The notes: generated from the letters alone by a model not told the origin. A stretch of DNA of 64,000 bases from the human T2T-CHM13v2.0 reference genome, Homo sapiens (GCF_009914755.1 NC_060946.1); one strand, 5' to 3'. Shown: positions 1 through 63,481, counted from the first letter of the stretch. Program-made: numbers and translations.

Positions 1-760
1 AAACTACAAACATTGCTGAAGGAAATGAAAGAGGACGTAAATAAATGGAAAGGCAACACGTTTATGGTTTGGAAGACTGACTATTGTTAAAACGACAGTG
101 CTGTACTACCTAAAGTGATCTCTAGATTCAATGCAATGCCCATCCAAATCCCAACAGTGCTTTCTGCAGAAATAGAAAAACCCATCCAAAAACTAATATA
201 CAGTCACCAGGGACCCCGAATAGACAAAACAATCTTTAAAAAGACCACCAAAGATTTATACTTCCTAATTTCTTCAAAACTACAGTAATCAAGACAATAT
301 GGGACTTTTGTAAGGAAAGAAATATAGACCAATGTAATAGAATAGAGAACCTAGAGATAAACCCTAACATACATGGTCAAATGATTTTCCACAGGATGCC
401 AAGGCCATTCAAGACAGAAAGAATAGTCTTTTTCAGCAAACGGTGCTGGGTAAACAGGATATCCACATGGAAAAGAATGAAGATGGTACGTTGCCTAACA
501 CCATATAACCATAACTCAAAATGGATCAGAGATCTAAGTGTAAGAGCTAAAAACTCTACAACTCTTAGAAGAAAAGATGGGGGACAAGTTTCATGACATT
601 GGATTTGGCAATAATTTCTTGACTGTGGCACTAAAAGCACAGGCAACAAAAGAAAAAATAAATTGGACTTCATCAAAATTTAAACCTTTTGTGTATAAAA
701 GGACTTTACTAAGTGAGTTAAAAGACAATACACAGAATGGGATAAAATACTTTATCAGAG
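1..760 (+). mobile_element. Old L1 (L1M-type) ORF2 3' fragment
   Basis: Degenerate ORF2 motifs (tatagaccaatg, tggatcagagatctaa) with stops. Confidence 0.85.
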
Positions 761-845
761 ACAAACTACATCTGGAAACTGCAAATCATGAAAGGACTGA
801 GAATGTTTGAGGGTCAGGTAAAATTATGGTTAAAATATGGTTAAA

Positions 846-1595
<750 letters not shown>

Positions 1596-1678
1596 GAGCA
1601 GTCAACTTCTTAACCCATTAGTAAATTGCAGGCAGTGGTGAATCGTGATTGGACTCCTGCTTTAGAAACCTCCACACA

Positions 1679-2116
1679 GTCTCGCGCCTGCAGCCCGTCC
1701 CGCCCCAGCCGCTGCGGCCTGCACCGGACCCAGAGCCGCCATGCCCAAGTGCCCCGCGTGCGACAAGGTGTACTTCGCCGAGAGGGTGACCTCTCTAGGC
1801 AAGGACTGGCATCGGCCCTGCCTGAAGTGTGAGAAATGTGGGAAGACGCTGACTTCCGGGGGCCACGCTGAGCATGAAGGCAAACCCTACGGCAACCACC
1901 CCTGCTACGCCGCCATGTTTGGGCCTAAAGGCTTTGGGCGGGGTGGACCCGAGAGCCACACTTTCAAGTAAACTTGGGTGGGGGAGACTCCATTCTTGGC
2001 CGCTTCCTGGGCCACTGTCCAGGCAAATGCCAGGCCTCGCCCCCAGATGCCCAGGGCTCCCTTGTAGCCCCTAATGCTGTCAATAAACCTGAACACTTGG
2101 GAGAAAAAAAAAAAAA
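1679..2116 (+). pseudogene. CRIP1P4: CRIP1 processed retrocopy (probably CRIP1P4) with intact 76-aa ORF at 1741-1971
   Basis: Intronless [39 protein letters not shown]...SHTFK; gccgccATG; AATAAA 2082-2087; polyA tail; TSD aaa[c/g]ctccacaca at 1666-1678 and 2114-2126. Confidence 0.93.
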
Positions 2117-2516
2117 GCTCCACACAAACAGCTGAGTGGAGAATGGACTTGAGTGGGAGATCTAGTGAAAGATAAAGAAAATTCACAGGAGACCTTGTGG
2201 GGCTCTAGGAAGGAGATTGAGAGACAGAGGTGGTGTTTCTGGGTGGAGGTGAAAGGTTTGAGGGAAGATTAGAGGTGAAGCCTGCGGAGAGGCAAGCATT
2301 AAGAGCAACCCTAAGACTTCAAGCCCCAGAGCCTGAGTGCATGAGGCCACGACTGATGGAAGGAAATTTAGAGCAGGACCAGATGATGTGGGCAACAGGG
2401 AGAACCAGGAGTTCACTTTGGAATGGGATGTCTTTGGTGCATTCAGGACTCTGTGTCGAGATGTCTAACAGGCAGTGGGAGAGTGGGATGTGCAGACTGG
2501 TCAGGAGTAAAATCTG

Positions 2517-2812
<296 letters not shown>

Positions 2813-3267
2813 TTATCCATGTGGGAATCCTTCTCTTCAGGAACACGGTTTGAGCACCTGCCCTGCACCGGTCACTGGGTGTGGTGTCAGGGATGCCTCT
2901 GTGAATGAGATGCCATGGGCTCATCACCAGGAAGGGGGCACACAAGCACTGGGCATCTCCTGTGAAAGTACTGTGCTAAATGACCCCAGGCAGTGGTCAA
3001 AGAACCCGACATCCAGTCTGGGCACTTCGGGAAGCATCCCTGAGGAAGAGCCACCTGAGTGGAGACTTGGGGAATTGGCAGGGGTCAGCCAGGCACAGAC
3101 AGATGAGAAAGATGCCTGAGGAGAAAAAACATGTGCAGAGGCCAGACTGAGAGAGCGCAGGCCCTGCAGGCACATAGAGACATTCAGTGTGGCTGAAGCA
3201 CAGGGACCGGGACCTGGAGTGGAGGTTGGCCACAGAGATGGGACTGGAGGAATGGACGAGAACTTGA

Positions 3268-3630
<363 letters not shown>

Positions 3631-3944
3631 TTATATTTTTCTTAATTCTGGAAGTTTCTCAGTTGCTTTTCTTTCTCTCTCAAAGACTTCGGTTCCATGA
3701 AGCGGAGTTAATCACACTCCTTAGTTCATGGTGTTCTGCCATCTGCAGACTGCCCAAGACTGTCTCTTATGTTCTTTATCTACTTTTCCCATCCCATTCC
3801 TCCTTCCTTCCCCAACACATCATTAAATACATATGGCTCCTGGGGAATATATGGTGATGTTTTATGCATATACATGTGTATAAAATTTACATAAATGCAA
3901 TGGCACTTAGTCTTTAATCTTCCCCCTCACCCATTTTGGCTCTG

Positions 3945-4350
3945 TTTTTTTTTTTTTTTTTTGGAGACAGAGTCTCGCTCGGTCGCCTAGGCTGGAGTGC
4001 AGTGGCACGATCTCAGCTCACTGCAAACTCCGTTTGGCTCTATTTTTTAAAGCTCTTCATTTCTTTTTGAGATGGAGTCTCACTCTTATTGTCCAGGCTG
4101 GAGTGCAATGGTTGGTCTCAGCTCACTGCAGCCTCCGCCTCCTTGGTTCAAGCGATTCTCCTGCCTCAACCTCCCGAGTAGCTGGGATTACAGGTGCCCA
4201 CCACCACGCCTGGCTAATTTTTGTATTTTTAGTAGAGATGGGGTTTCACCATGTTGGCCAGGCTGGTCTGGAACTCCTGACCTCAGGTGATCCACCCACC
4301 TCGGCCTCCCAAAGTGCTCGGATTACAGGCATAAGCCACCGCTCCTGTCC
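3945..4350 (-). mobile_element. Truncated Alu (3945-4030) plus full Alu (4060-4350)
   Basis: Alu consensus motifs. Confidence 0.9.
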
Positions 4351-4671
4351 AAAGCTCTTCGTTTCTATGTGCACACCCAATTCATGACATCTGGCTGCTG
4401 CTCACATACTCCTGTAATCATGGACACCTAGGTTGCTTCCAACTCCCAAGCACTACAAAGGAGCAGCACGAGGGAACTCAAGAGTTGACAGAACTGTCCT
4501 GCACCTTAACTGTGGTGGTAGATACATGACTGTATGCATTTGTCAGAACTCACAGATCTGTACATCTAAAATATTGAATTTCACTGTATGTAACTTTAAA
4601 AATTGAATGAAAATACGGTGGTGGTGAACATCCCTTCAACTTCCTTCTTATAGATGAGAATTTCTCTAATT

Positions 4672-4880
4672 TAGGGTTTCGTGGCACTACTGACATTTAG
4701 AGCTGTAGAATTCTTTGAGGTGGGAGGGCTGTTCTATGCATGGCAGGATGGTGAGCTGCATCCCTGGCCTCTACCCACTAGACACCACTAGCATCTCCCC
4801 ACCCAAGTTGTGAACCAAAAATATGTCCATACATTGTCAAATGCACTCTGAGATCAAAACAATCTTTTGGAAGCCACTAC
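4672..4880. mobile_element. MER20 (hAT-Charlie MITE)
   Basis: Diagnostic catccctggcctctacccactaga core. Confidence 0.8.
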
Positions 4881-5760
4881 CCCACCCTCTTGTGTACCAG
4901 GATATCTAGGTACATATTTACATAAAAATGAGTTTACATCATAAATTGGTGTCAAAGCAGGCACAGAGCTCAGTTTTCCTGTTTATAGTTATTGTGAAGC
5001 ATGCTACACTACAACAGAAGAACGTACCAATACGTGAATGCATCAGTTAATCACCAAATAACCACCCATATAATCACAGCCCAGGCCAAGAAGCCTCTCC
5101 CGTGACCTACCTTCTGTTTCATTCTCTCCTTAAGCGGTGTCAAACATGCTGCTATACCCATCCTGAGTTATTTGTTATGTTTTTCAGTTTTGGAATCTCC
5201 AAACTGGTTCTTTTCTACAGTTTGCTCAACATTTAAATTTTACCTCTTGGAATACTGTTGATAACTCACATGACTTGAGCACCTATGGTTCTATTTCTGT
5301 TGTCTTGTTTCCTCGGCTTTGTCTTATTGTCCTCTTATATTGGTTGCTGTTGAACAAGTACCATATATTGCATGGAAATATTAGATTGATGACAAAGATG
5401 TTAGTATCCTGCAGAGAGACTGTTTGCTTCTGGCTGATGACTGTGGGGTATTAACAATCCAGGTGGTTTAAAGGTGGGTTCTCTACTGGGAAGTCTTATC
5501 TTTGTCAAGCTCCTTACTACACTGTATCCCTGAGGGTCTCAAACCAGAGTGTGCAAGTTACCTACAACCCTCCATGCTGCTACTGGACTTCAGTATTTTT
5601 TTCAAACAGACTCACAAATATGTCAAAACAAACCTGACTTCTCACTCAATGGCTCCTTCCAGAATCTGTGGCATGAGAAGCAGTCCCAAATACCAGGGTC
5701 ATATTCCTGATTTCCTTCTGCCAGATATTGGCACTGTTTTCTCTGCTTTCCCATCCCTTT

Positions 5761-6320
5761 TGTTAAATATAGTGAACCCCAAGTTTCTCTTCAAAGAATC
5801 AGTACGTCACTGTGTTCAGCCCTCTTAGATTCTCCATTTTAAAGTGTAACTTCCTGGTTCCCTTCGCCCACTTGCTTCTAGTTTTGGTAAACAACTTTCA
5901 CACCAGTCTTAATCAGTAGTTCGCGTCTGTTCCCCTGGTCACCTGCTCCATCCTGACTCACCCCTGGTCACTTGCTCTGACCTCAGTCGCCTTTAGTTAC
6001 CTGTTCCTAACCTTCCTTTCTGCCAAACTACTCACCCCACCACTCCAGCTTGTACTCCTGCTCTTTTTAAAAAACAGCCAATCGGAATTAGCTTAGACTG
6101 TGTGGTCCAACCGTAACCAATAAGGGAATGGCACAGCAGTAGGGGCCACATGCATGAGGAATAAGAACTCCTTCTCTTCCCCTGTCCAGGTGTGCTCTCA
6201 CCATTGTTCCATCTGCAATGAGCACTGTTTCTGCAGAAAATAAAAACTGCCTTGCCGAGAAAATTAATGTTTGAGTGCTATTCCTTTGCAGCACAGGGAA
6301 CAAGCATTTTGTTTCTAACA
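5761..6320 (+). mobile_element. Solo ERV1 LTR, LTR10-family-like
   Basis: TG...CA termini; 4-bp TSD cttt; tttctcttcaaagaatca start; two CCAAT boxes; AATAAA near 6239. Confidence 0.8.
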
Positions 6321-6473
6321 CTTTGATGCTGTTCAGCTTTCTAATATTTTCTTCAGCTTTGAGCTGTACTCAGTGCAAAGATCAATATGTTGTTTATTTG
6401 TTATTGCCAGAGTCAAGTTCATTTTTTGAATTATTGTATTGCTACATCATAGACCAAATGGATTTCTTATGGA

Positions 6474-6775
<302 letters not shown>

Positions 6776-7090
6776 TGACAGACCTTTAATTAGCACTCCC
6801 AACCCTGGCTTAACAATGTGAAACTTAGGTGTTGTGATACATTACAGACATTTTTATCTGTAAGCCTCTGAAATGAGACTCGTCTTGGAAATATTGAATA
6901 CCCAGCTTCCTTCACCCAATTTATAAAGAACTAATAGGCTAATTGGATATTTCCCTGGTCACAGCAGTATTTCTAGTTATCTTAGAAAAGCAACAAATTA
7001 GTATATTAGGAAGGCTAAAAACATTTTTAAAATAAAAAGAGCAAATCATGTTTAATTCATGTTAAAATCATTGATTTTAACACAAATAAC

Positions 7091-7096
7091 TTTATT
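7091..7096 (-). terminator. Candidate distal polyA signal AATAAA
   Basis: tttatt on + strand, with U/GU-rich gttatttgtgtt downstream on minus; a second AATAAA at 7364-7369. Confidence 0.4.
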
Positions 7097-7521
7097 GAAT
7101 CACATCATCTTAAATTTAACAGTGTTAGGAATAAATGATATATTGTATTTATGAACACTCAAAGTTTTAATGCCTACTTTCAGTTCTAAGAGATCTTTTT
7201 TAGACTTCTAGAAATTGATCATTATAAATCATATTCTAACTTAAGAACATGTTATCTTAGCATTTCTTAAATTACAGACCCAACTCAATGTTTACTGCTG
7301 TTGGCAGTAACTGCTCAGGAGGACATTACCTAGGTTACAATGTGTTTTCTAAAGTCTTTCCATTTTATTTCTTGTAAGACCAGTTCAAATTGTAAACCTA
7401 ATATATAATCAAGCGATTATGTTTCCAAATATACCTTTTCTTGTATATTTGAAGTTAATCCCCACCCCTACACCCACCCCCACAATAACACTCTATTTAT
7501 GAGTATAAGAAAACAAAACAA

Positions 7522-7813
<292 letters not shown>

Positions 7814-7985
7814 CCCATTGTTTCCTGAGTCTAATTAAGGATACTTTTAGGTGGAAAGAAAAAAGTCCGCTTTCAAAAAAAAGTCATAGCTTCACTTAAA
7901 TAACTTACTGAAGACTTCTGATTATGATACAGCTAACATAATACACTGGGACTGTGCAATAGAATGAATTAAACAAATTCATTAA

Positions 7986-8346
<361 letters not shown>

Positions 8347-8492
8347 ATCCAGCTTTCCTTATGACCTTTCCACCAAAAATCCATCCAAATTCCCACCCCA
8401 GCACAAGGAATAACACAATGCTTCCTATATAGCTCATCAGTAATAGGTTAATTCTAAATACAAATATTAAACAGAAATTCAGTGTTGTTACT

Positions 8493-8498
8493 TTTATG
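8493..8498 (-). terminator. Candidate proximal polyA signal (variant CATAAA)
   Basis: tttatg on + strand, ~420 nt after the stop, followed on the minus strand by U/GU-rich sequence. Confidence 0.4.
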
Positions 8499-8917
8499 TC
8501 TTCCTTTCCTGTCCTTTAACAAAAAAAAGTTTCAAAAATAAAGTAAACGTAGTTTTCCAAGTAGAGTTTACTTGTTCACAGATGTACTCTCTCTGTGACG
8601 AATGCCCCATCTTTTCAATTCTTAGAGTGGCCCTGCTTGGGGTGGAAAATGTTCAGTCACGTTCAGCTGTGAGATCTCTGTCACATATTTGAAAGGGAAA
8701 CTGCAAGCCAAACCCTGTCAGTTCTCCTCTCTGGAAAAATCAGTCTGTGGTAGTATTGAGAGTAGAACATATCACTCTGAATCTCTCCTGTGTCCAATCA
8801 AAAACGATGAGAATTTAATGCTATGGACCTAGGAAAATATTTCAGACATCCTGCTTCAAAAGGAAGACAGGCTTACACGTTGTGGTTTCATTAGCACATC
8901 AGGTCTTCTTCTGCAGG

Positions 8918-51952
<43,035 letters not shown>

Positions 51953-52018
51953 TGTGGTCCTGAAGGTGATGACCCTGAAGAATACAGTTATATTAGACAT
52001 CTCTGTGGAGTTGCCTGG

Positions 52019-52442
52019 TGTCTTACTCTCTTTAGGGTTGCTACAACAGAATATCTGAGGCTGGGTAATTTATAAAGGAAGAGGTGTGTTTGGCTCATCA
52101 TTCTGATGGCTGGAAAGTCCAAGACTGGGCAGCCCATCTGGTGAGGGTCTCATGCTGCTTCAACTCCTGGTAGAAAAAGCAAAAGTGGGGGAGAGATGTG
52201 GACAAAGACCACATGGCAAGAAGGGAAACGAGAAACTGAGGAGGCCGGACTCTAACAACCAGCTCAGGCAGGTGCTAATCCAAACTCACTCACCTCCAAG
52301 GCAGGGAATTAACCTATTCATAAGGATTCCACCCCCAGGGCCCAAACACCTCCCAGTAGGCCCCACTTCCCAATGCTGCCACATTGGGGATCAAATTTCA
52401 GCCTCAGTTTTGGTGGGGACAAGCCATATCCAAACCATAGCA
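52019..52442 (-). mobile_element. Solo MaLR LTR (MST-family-like), sense to PIWIL3
   Basis: Minus strand reads TGCTATGGTTTGGATATG...AAGACA; perfect 5-bp TSD cctgg at 52014-52018 and 52443-52447. Confidence 0.88.
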
Positions 52443-52589
52443 CCTGGTAATGTTTTTTTTCCGTTACTATTACTTCCAATAAAGCATCTGGTTACTAACG
52501 ACACACATTCTCCTATCACATCAAAAAGACTGACTGCCCCCCGAGTCAGCAGAGAAGCATCCTATAATAAAAGACAGGAGACCTGGTAA

Positions 52590-53053
<464 letters not shown>

Positions 53054-53199
53054 AACTTCTCTAGAAATTTAAGGAAACTATGGTTATCTTCCACACAGAG
53101 ACTCACAAGACACTAGGGGTTACTACGCTTGTCTGTATGAGTCAGTTGAGTACTGGGTTCTTCTCACCTCCCAGGCATCCCCACAAGCACAGCAAGGAG

Positions 53200-53740
53200 C
53201 CCAGGTGCCCCCAGACCCTCCCACCCCACACTTAAACCTCAGCTCCCGCATCCTGAGTGGGACCTCCGCCCACCATCTCCTGCCTCGGCCCTTTGGACTC
53301 CGCTCCCACAGCTCACCTGCCCTCCGTCCACAAGAATTAGGCTGATCTGTGCGCTATGCACCGGCGCTCTGTGGCCTCGGGTTCTTGGTCCCAACACCGC
53401 AGCGTCCCGGCGCTGATCTCCGCGGGGTCAGAGGCGCAAAGCCCCTTTTCCAAGAGGGAGATCCTCTTGCCTTTCTGGGCACACAGCCCCACGCCCCGCA
53501 CCGGTCACCAAAATGGCCCGGGGAAATACACGGACCAGCCCAGCCTCCCGCAAGACGTGCCGCACACTCAGGAAAGCAGGCGTCGCCCCCGCCCCAATTC
53601 AATTTCAACCCTGGGGTCCCGGCCTCTTCTGGCGCCGCCTCCGTCCGGCCGAAAGAGGCCACGATGAGCTGCACGTGGCGGACTCAAGAGATGCCGCGAA
53701 GTCTCCCAGGGATGGGAGTGGGGCTGGCTCGCCCTGCCTT
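53200..53740 (-). promoter_or_regulatory. CpG island; candidate promoter and non-coding first exon (donor at 53317|53316)
   Basis: Dense non-Alu CpG; GC box 53587-53594, CCAAT 53594-53598, CACGTG 53672-53677; consensus donor CAG|GTGAGC on minus. Confidence 0.65.
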
Positions 53741-54076
53741 CTTGCCTCACCATTAACCATTCCTGGATTTACCTGCCAGGTGCCCTTACAAAACGATGTG
53801 CACTTGGAGCCCCAGGATGCAGCCATTACCACTTAGTAGCTTTAACCAACTCCCTGCTGGGGCCGGTGTAACTAAATGCAGCTGCTATGACCGTCCTTGG
53901 ATTCAAACCTAGAAGCACCCTTACTCATCTGGTAAGCACTGATCTCTAGAGGTGGATCCGCTGTCATGGGTAAACTTTCCAGTAGTTCTTAAATAAAAAT
54001 AAAATAAAAAACCTTGTCTCTTGTATCTGCTTTTTCATCTATTTATTCCAGGTTTCTGTCATTCTTTTTGACCTTG

Positions 54077-54078
<2 letters not shown>

Positions 54079-54128
<50 letters not shown>
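54079..54128. repeat. (GT)n microsatellite, ~25 units (Alu tail)
   Basis: Read directly. Confidence 0.95.
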
Positions 54129-56080
<1,952 letters not shown>

Positions 56081-56306
56081 TAGCCTAGATATTTTTTAAA
56101 AATCACCAATTCTTTAATATTTTATCACAGTTACATCCAGATCCTTGATGTACACATTGAATGCCTGTCAATTATGAGAGAAATAGTTAGTTATCTGGCA
56201 CGGTTTCTTAACTAATCTTTGTCTTACTGCTTTGAAATTGCACCATTATCCTATAGAAATCTGCATGCGTTCTCAGCTTGAATTCCAGACTCAGTTGTGC
56301 ACTGTT

Positions 56307-56604
56307 GGCCAGGCACAGAGTTTCATGCCTGTAATCCCAGCACTTTGGGAGGCTGAGGCAGGAGGATTGCTTGAGCCCAGTAGTTCAAGACTAGCCGGGG
56401 CAACATCAAGACACCATCTCTAAAAAAAAAAAAATTAAAAAATTAACTAGGATGGTGGTGCACACCAGTAGTCCCTGGTGCTTGGGAGGTTGAGGCAGGA
56501 GGACAGGAGGATCACTTGAGCCTGGGAGTTCAAGGCTGCAGTGGACTATGATCATACCACTGCACTCCAGCCCGGGTGACAGAGTGAGACTCTGTCTCAA
56601 AAAA
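56307..56604 (+). mobile_element. AluJ-like
   Basis: TSD tgcactgt. Confidence 0.9.
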
Positions 56605-56635
56605 TTCTGCACTGTCTATGGTGCAGCAGTAACTA

Positions 56636-57080
<445 letters not shown>

Positions 57081-57654
57081 CTATAAAAGGTGTAACATGC
57101 ATAATGGGAATATCATAAGGAAAGAAAGAGAGAAAGGAACAGGAGAAGTATTTGAAATAATAATGACCGAAAATTTTCCAAAATTAAAAACAGAATTAAA
57201 TCACAGATCCAGGAAGTTCATAGAACACTAAGCAAGATAAATACCAAAAATTATACTCTAGGCATAATATTCAAACTGAAAGGACAGTGACTTGCCCAAG
57301 GTCACACAGTCAGCAAGTGACAGAAGTGGGATTAGAAGGCAAGCCTACCTATCCCCAGAGCCAACCTCCTTTGCCCCTCACCTGGGTTCATCCCCAAGCT
57401 CACAGGCCAAAAGCCTGCAAACTGAGTCAGGAAAGAAAAATTCCTGTCCATCATTTCTCACTCTGGGGAAGGAAGGTAAAAAGAGTGCTCACATTCACTG
57501 TCAGGTCTGATAGACTCTCCTGCAACTACTTTTCTGAGGACAAATTGCTGTTTCCAATGGCTGATGGCTTCATCAGTGCAAAACTCTTATTGGGGACTGC
57601 ACAGAGCTGACATTTGCCACTGTTTTGTGACCATCACAAAAAGAATCCTATATT

Positions 57655-58009
<355 letters not shown>

Positions 58010-58496
58010 TGTTTTCCCTTTTTCATTCTGCAGACATCAAAGGAAAACAAGAAGCAGGAAGGTCTGTGGCTGACAGCAATGTCTCCCTCAGCCCTTACCT
58101 CTATGGGTGACAGGGCCAAAGCCTCACTGTCCTGCCAGCCACTGTGAACAGACAGCATTCTCTGCCCCAAGAATGCAACTCTGCAGGTGGAGGAGGCCCA
58201 AGGAGAGAGATTTCATTTTCTGTTCCTCTTCTAGGGGCTGACAGCTTGGACAATAGTTTCTCAGAAACAAACTTTATTCTCAAGGAGATGAGCATGTCTG
58301 AGCCTGGAATGTTTATGTGAACAAATATGGTTTTTCTCCCTGCTCCAGCCTCAGCCTTGGCCATGAGACAAGGTTTCCTCTTCACCATCTGTGGAAGGCT
58401 CATTTTTGTTCCATGGGCTCAGCTTGTCTGTGCCTGGGACAAAGAGCCGCGAGGTGGTGCTATTGTCTTAGGTTAATAAAAACGAGGCCAACTATA

Positions 58497-59529
<1,033 letters not shown>

Positions 59530-59800
59530 TATACTAACTGCTGCAGCTTGTTGAGCCACCCTGCTAAGCGCTTTATGTAGATCAAAGCATTTCATCGTAA
59601 CAGCTTTGTGAAGGGGGCAGTGAAGCACAGAGGGATGAACCCGCTTACCCAAGGTCACACAGCTAGCAAGTATTGAAGGCAAGACTCAAACCCGTCAGTT
59701 TTCCATAGTAAAAGTGTCAGTGTGACGACATCAACTGTCCCTGCCTGGACAGAGCCATAGGTTTTTCTGAAGTATGTCCTTCTTACTCTTTAGGCGTTAA

Positions 59801-61036
<1,236 letters not shown>

Positions 61037-61196
61037 TTAAGATGGCCTTTCTTTTAGAAAATAATGGAGACAGTGGATGTGTGAGGTTTTCTTGTCCTTC
61101 ATAACCAACATTTCAAAAGTTGCTATTCTATAATTTTTTATTTCCAATTTTCAGGCCCAAAAGATTCAGGATTGAAGACTATTTCTCTCTCTTGCC

Positions 61197-61454
61197 CTCT
61201 TTTTTTTTTGGAGACAGAGTCTTGCCCTGTCGCCCAGGCTGGAGTGCAATGGCATGATTTTGGCTCACTGCAACCTCCACCTCCCCGGTTCAAGCAATTC
61301 TCCTTCCTCATGCCCGGCTAATTTTTGTATCGTTAGTAGAGACGGGGTTTCACCATGTTGGCCAGGCTGGTCTCTTACTCCTGACCTCGTGATCCACCTG
61401 CATTGGCCTCCCAAAGTGCTGGGATTACAGGCGTTGAGTCACTGTGCCCGGCCT
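61197..61454 (-). mobile_element. Alu (internal deletion)
   Basis: Alu consensus. Confidence 0.9.
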
Positions 61455-63130
61455 ATTTCTCTTAATGAACAAGCTATAGTGCTCAGTTGGCCAACAGAAC
61501 TGTGTTGGTAGCCTACTCTTACTGGAATACATTCGATAACACAGTGTATATCATAAATGCACCAAACAGTAAGAATTATTATCATATCAAAAGCAGCAAT
61601 TACAAAAGAAGCAGTGTTAAATTTTAAACAGAATGAAAGATTAAACCCTTAGATTTGATAATCATATTAATAAAGAGAAGTAAATCTTATCAATATAAGT
61701 ATTAAGTACTAAGTAGTTGTATATTTCACAATGTAAGTAAATCTTATATTGAAGGAATAAAGTCTGCATAATAGGAGCTCATTAAATAGCAACTTCTATG
61801 AGCAACAGGACAATATTATGTCCCTGGCATTTGGACTTAGACAAAAACCTTTGTGGAATCATAGCCTGTCCAGGTATGTGCTGTGTGAACCTGAGCAGGT
61901 GATATCATCTCTCTGAGACCCTGTTTCCTAGTATGTTGGGTATTGAAAACTTATGTCACAGGGGCCTGTGGGGGTTACAGGAGCCAATCTGTGCAAAGAG
62001 CTCAGCAGGTGCTGAGTGCTCAGCAAGTTACAGCTACTGGAGTTAAAATCACTACCACAGTGGAGAAGAGCCCTGGCAAAGGCTGCAGTCTCCATTCTAC
62101 CCACTGGGAAATCCGAACGGCTGACCAGCTCCCCTGTCTTTCCCAAACTAGGATCCCAGGAATTAGAAATGGTGGTGCTTAGGTGGGTGCACAGCAGCAT
62201 CTAGTGGACTAGAAGGAGAACTGAAGAAGTGTCACAATGACATCGGGAAGAGAAAGTTTTAAGGCTGGGGAAAAGGTTGGCAGAGAAGTCAGGAAGGAGG
62301 CCTGCATGTGCCGGGTGTCCCCTGTGGGGAGATCAGATGAGGTACCTTAACAGTTATCTGGACCTCAAGCCCCCATGTGCTAGCTGAGGGCGTCCTTCTC
62401 CCTCCCCAGGCCTCCCTGGGTGCTGGGTCTCTGGGTCCTATGGGCTCAGGGGCCCATCTTTTTCAAGTTCTGCTCCACGTGTCTGTGTCCAGCTGAGGGC
62501 ACTGACCCCACTGCCCCAGTCCCCAGGGCTTAGATGCCAGGACAGTAGAAAGCTGTGTGCCAGGGCATAACCAAGGTGTCCTCCACTGCTCTGGGCCACA
62601 CATTGGCAGCTGGGCCCTGTGTCCCTCTGACACCGGATCCTAGGGTTTCTGGCTCTGCCATCTCTGCTGTGATGCTCCATTCCAACCATGTGGCTCAGCA
62701 GGGAGGGCATTACACACTGTCCCTTCCCCCTTTTCCATACTCCTGCCTTCCTGCATGCCCTGCACAGGAACCCTCTTCCCTTCTCCTTTTGCCAAAAGAA
62801 TTCAGAAGATACCAACTTTCTCCTCTTTTCCTGTCTGCAGTGGAGGTCCCGGCAGGACCCCCTCCTGAGCTGTGAGGGTTAAATGGGAGAAGGTGTATTG
62901 AGCTTGAAGCACTGGCAGGTCCCACAACGAATGCTCAAAAAATGGAAGCCTCTGCCACCATCTGCATCATCCCCATCAACCACAGGAGCAAAGAGCCCGC
63001 CTTTTCTGAGAAGAGCATTTACATATTGATAGAAATTCCGCGGTTTTATTTATCATCACGTCAGTTTTAAGGATGTAAGTAGGTACACATATACATATGT
63101 ATCTAAAATATATTAAGTTTTTAAAAGTAG

Positions 63131-63481
<351 letters not shown>

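Noticed and set aside
52152-52589. 145-aa ORF, the longest in the track
   Set aside because: It lies mostly on the antisense strand of the MaLR LTR; a chance ORF.
53349-53836. Overlapping 100-135 aa ORFs on both strands
   Set aside because: Expected from stop-codon scarcity in a GC-rich CpG island; no recognisable domain.
62200-62960. GC-rich unique stretch with several ORFs
   Set aside because: CpG-poor, no recognisable protein or convincing exon; a regulatory role cannot be supported from sequence alone.
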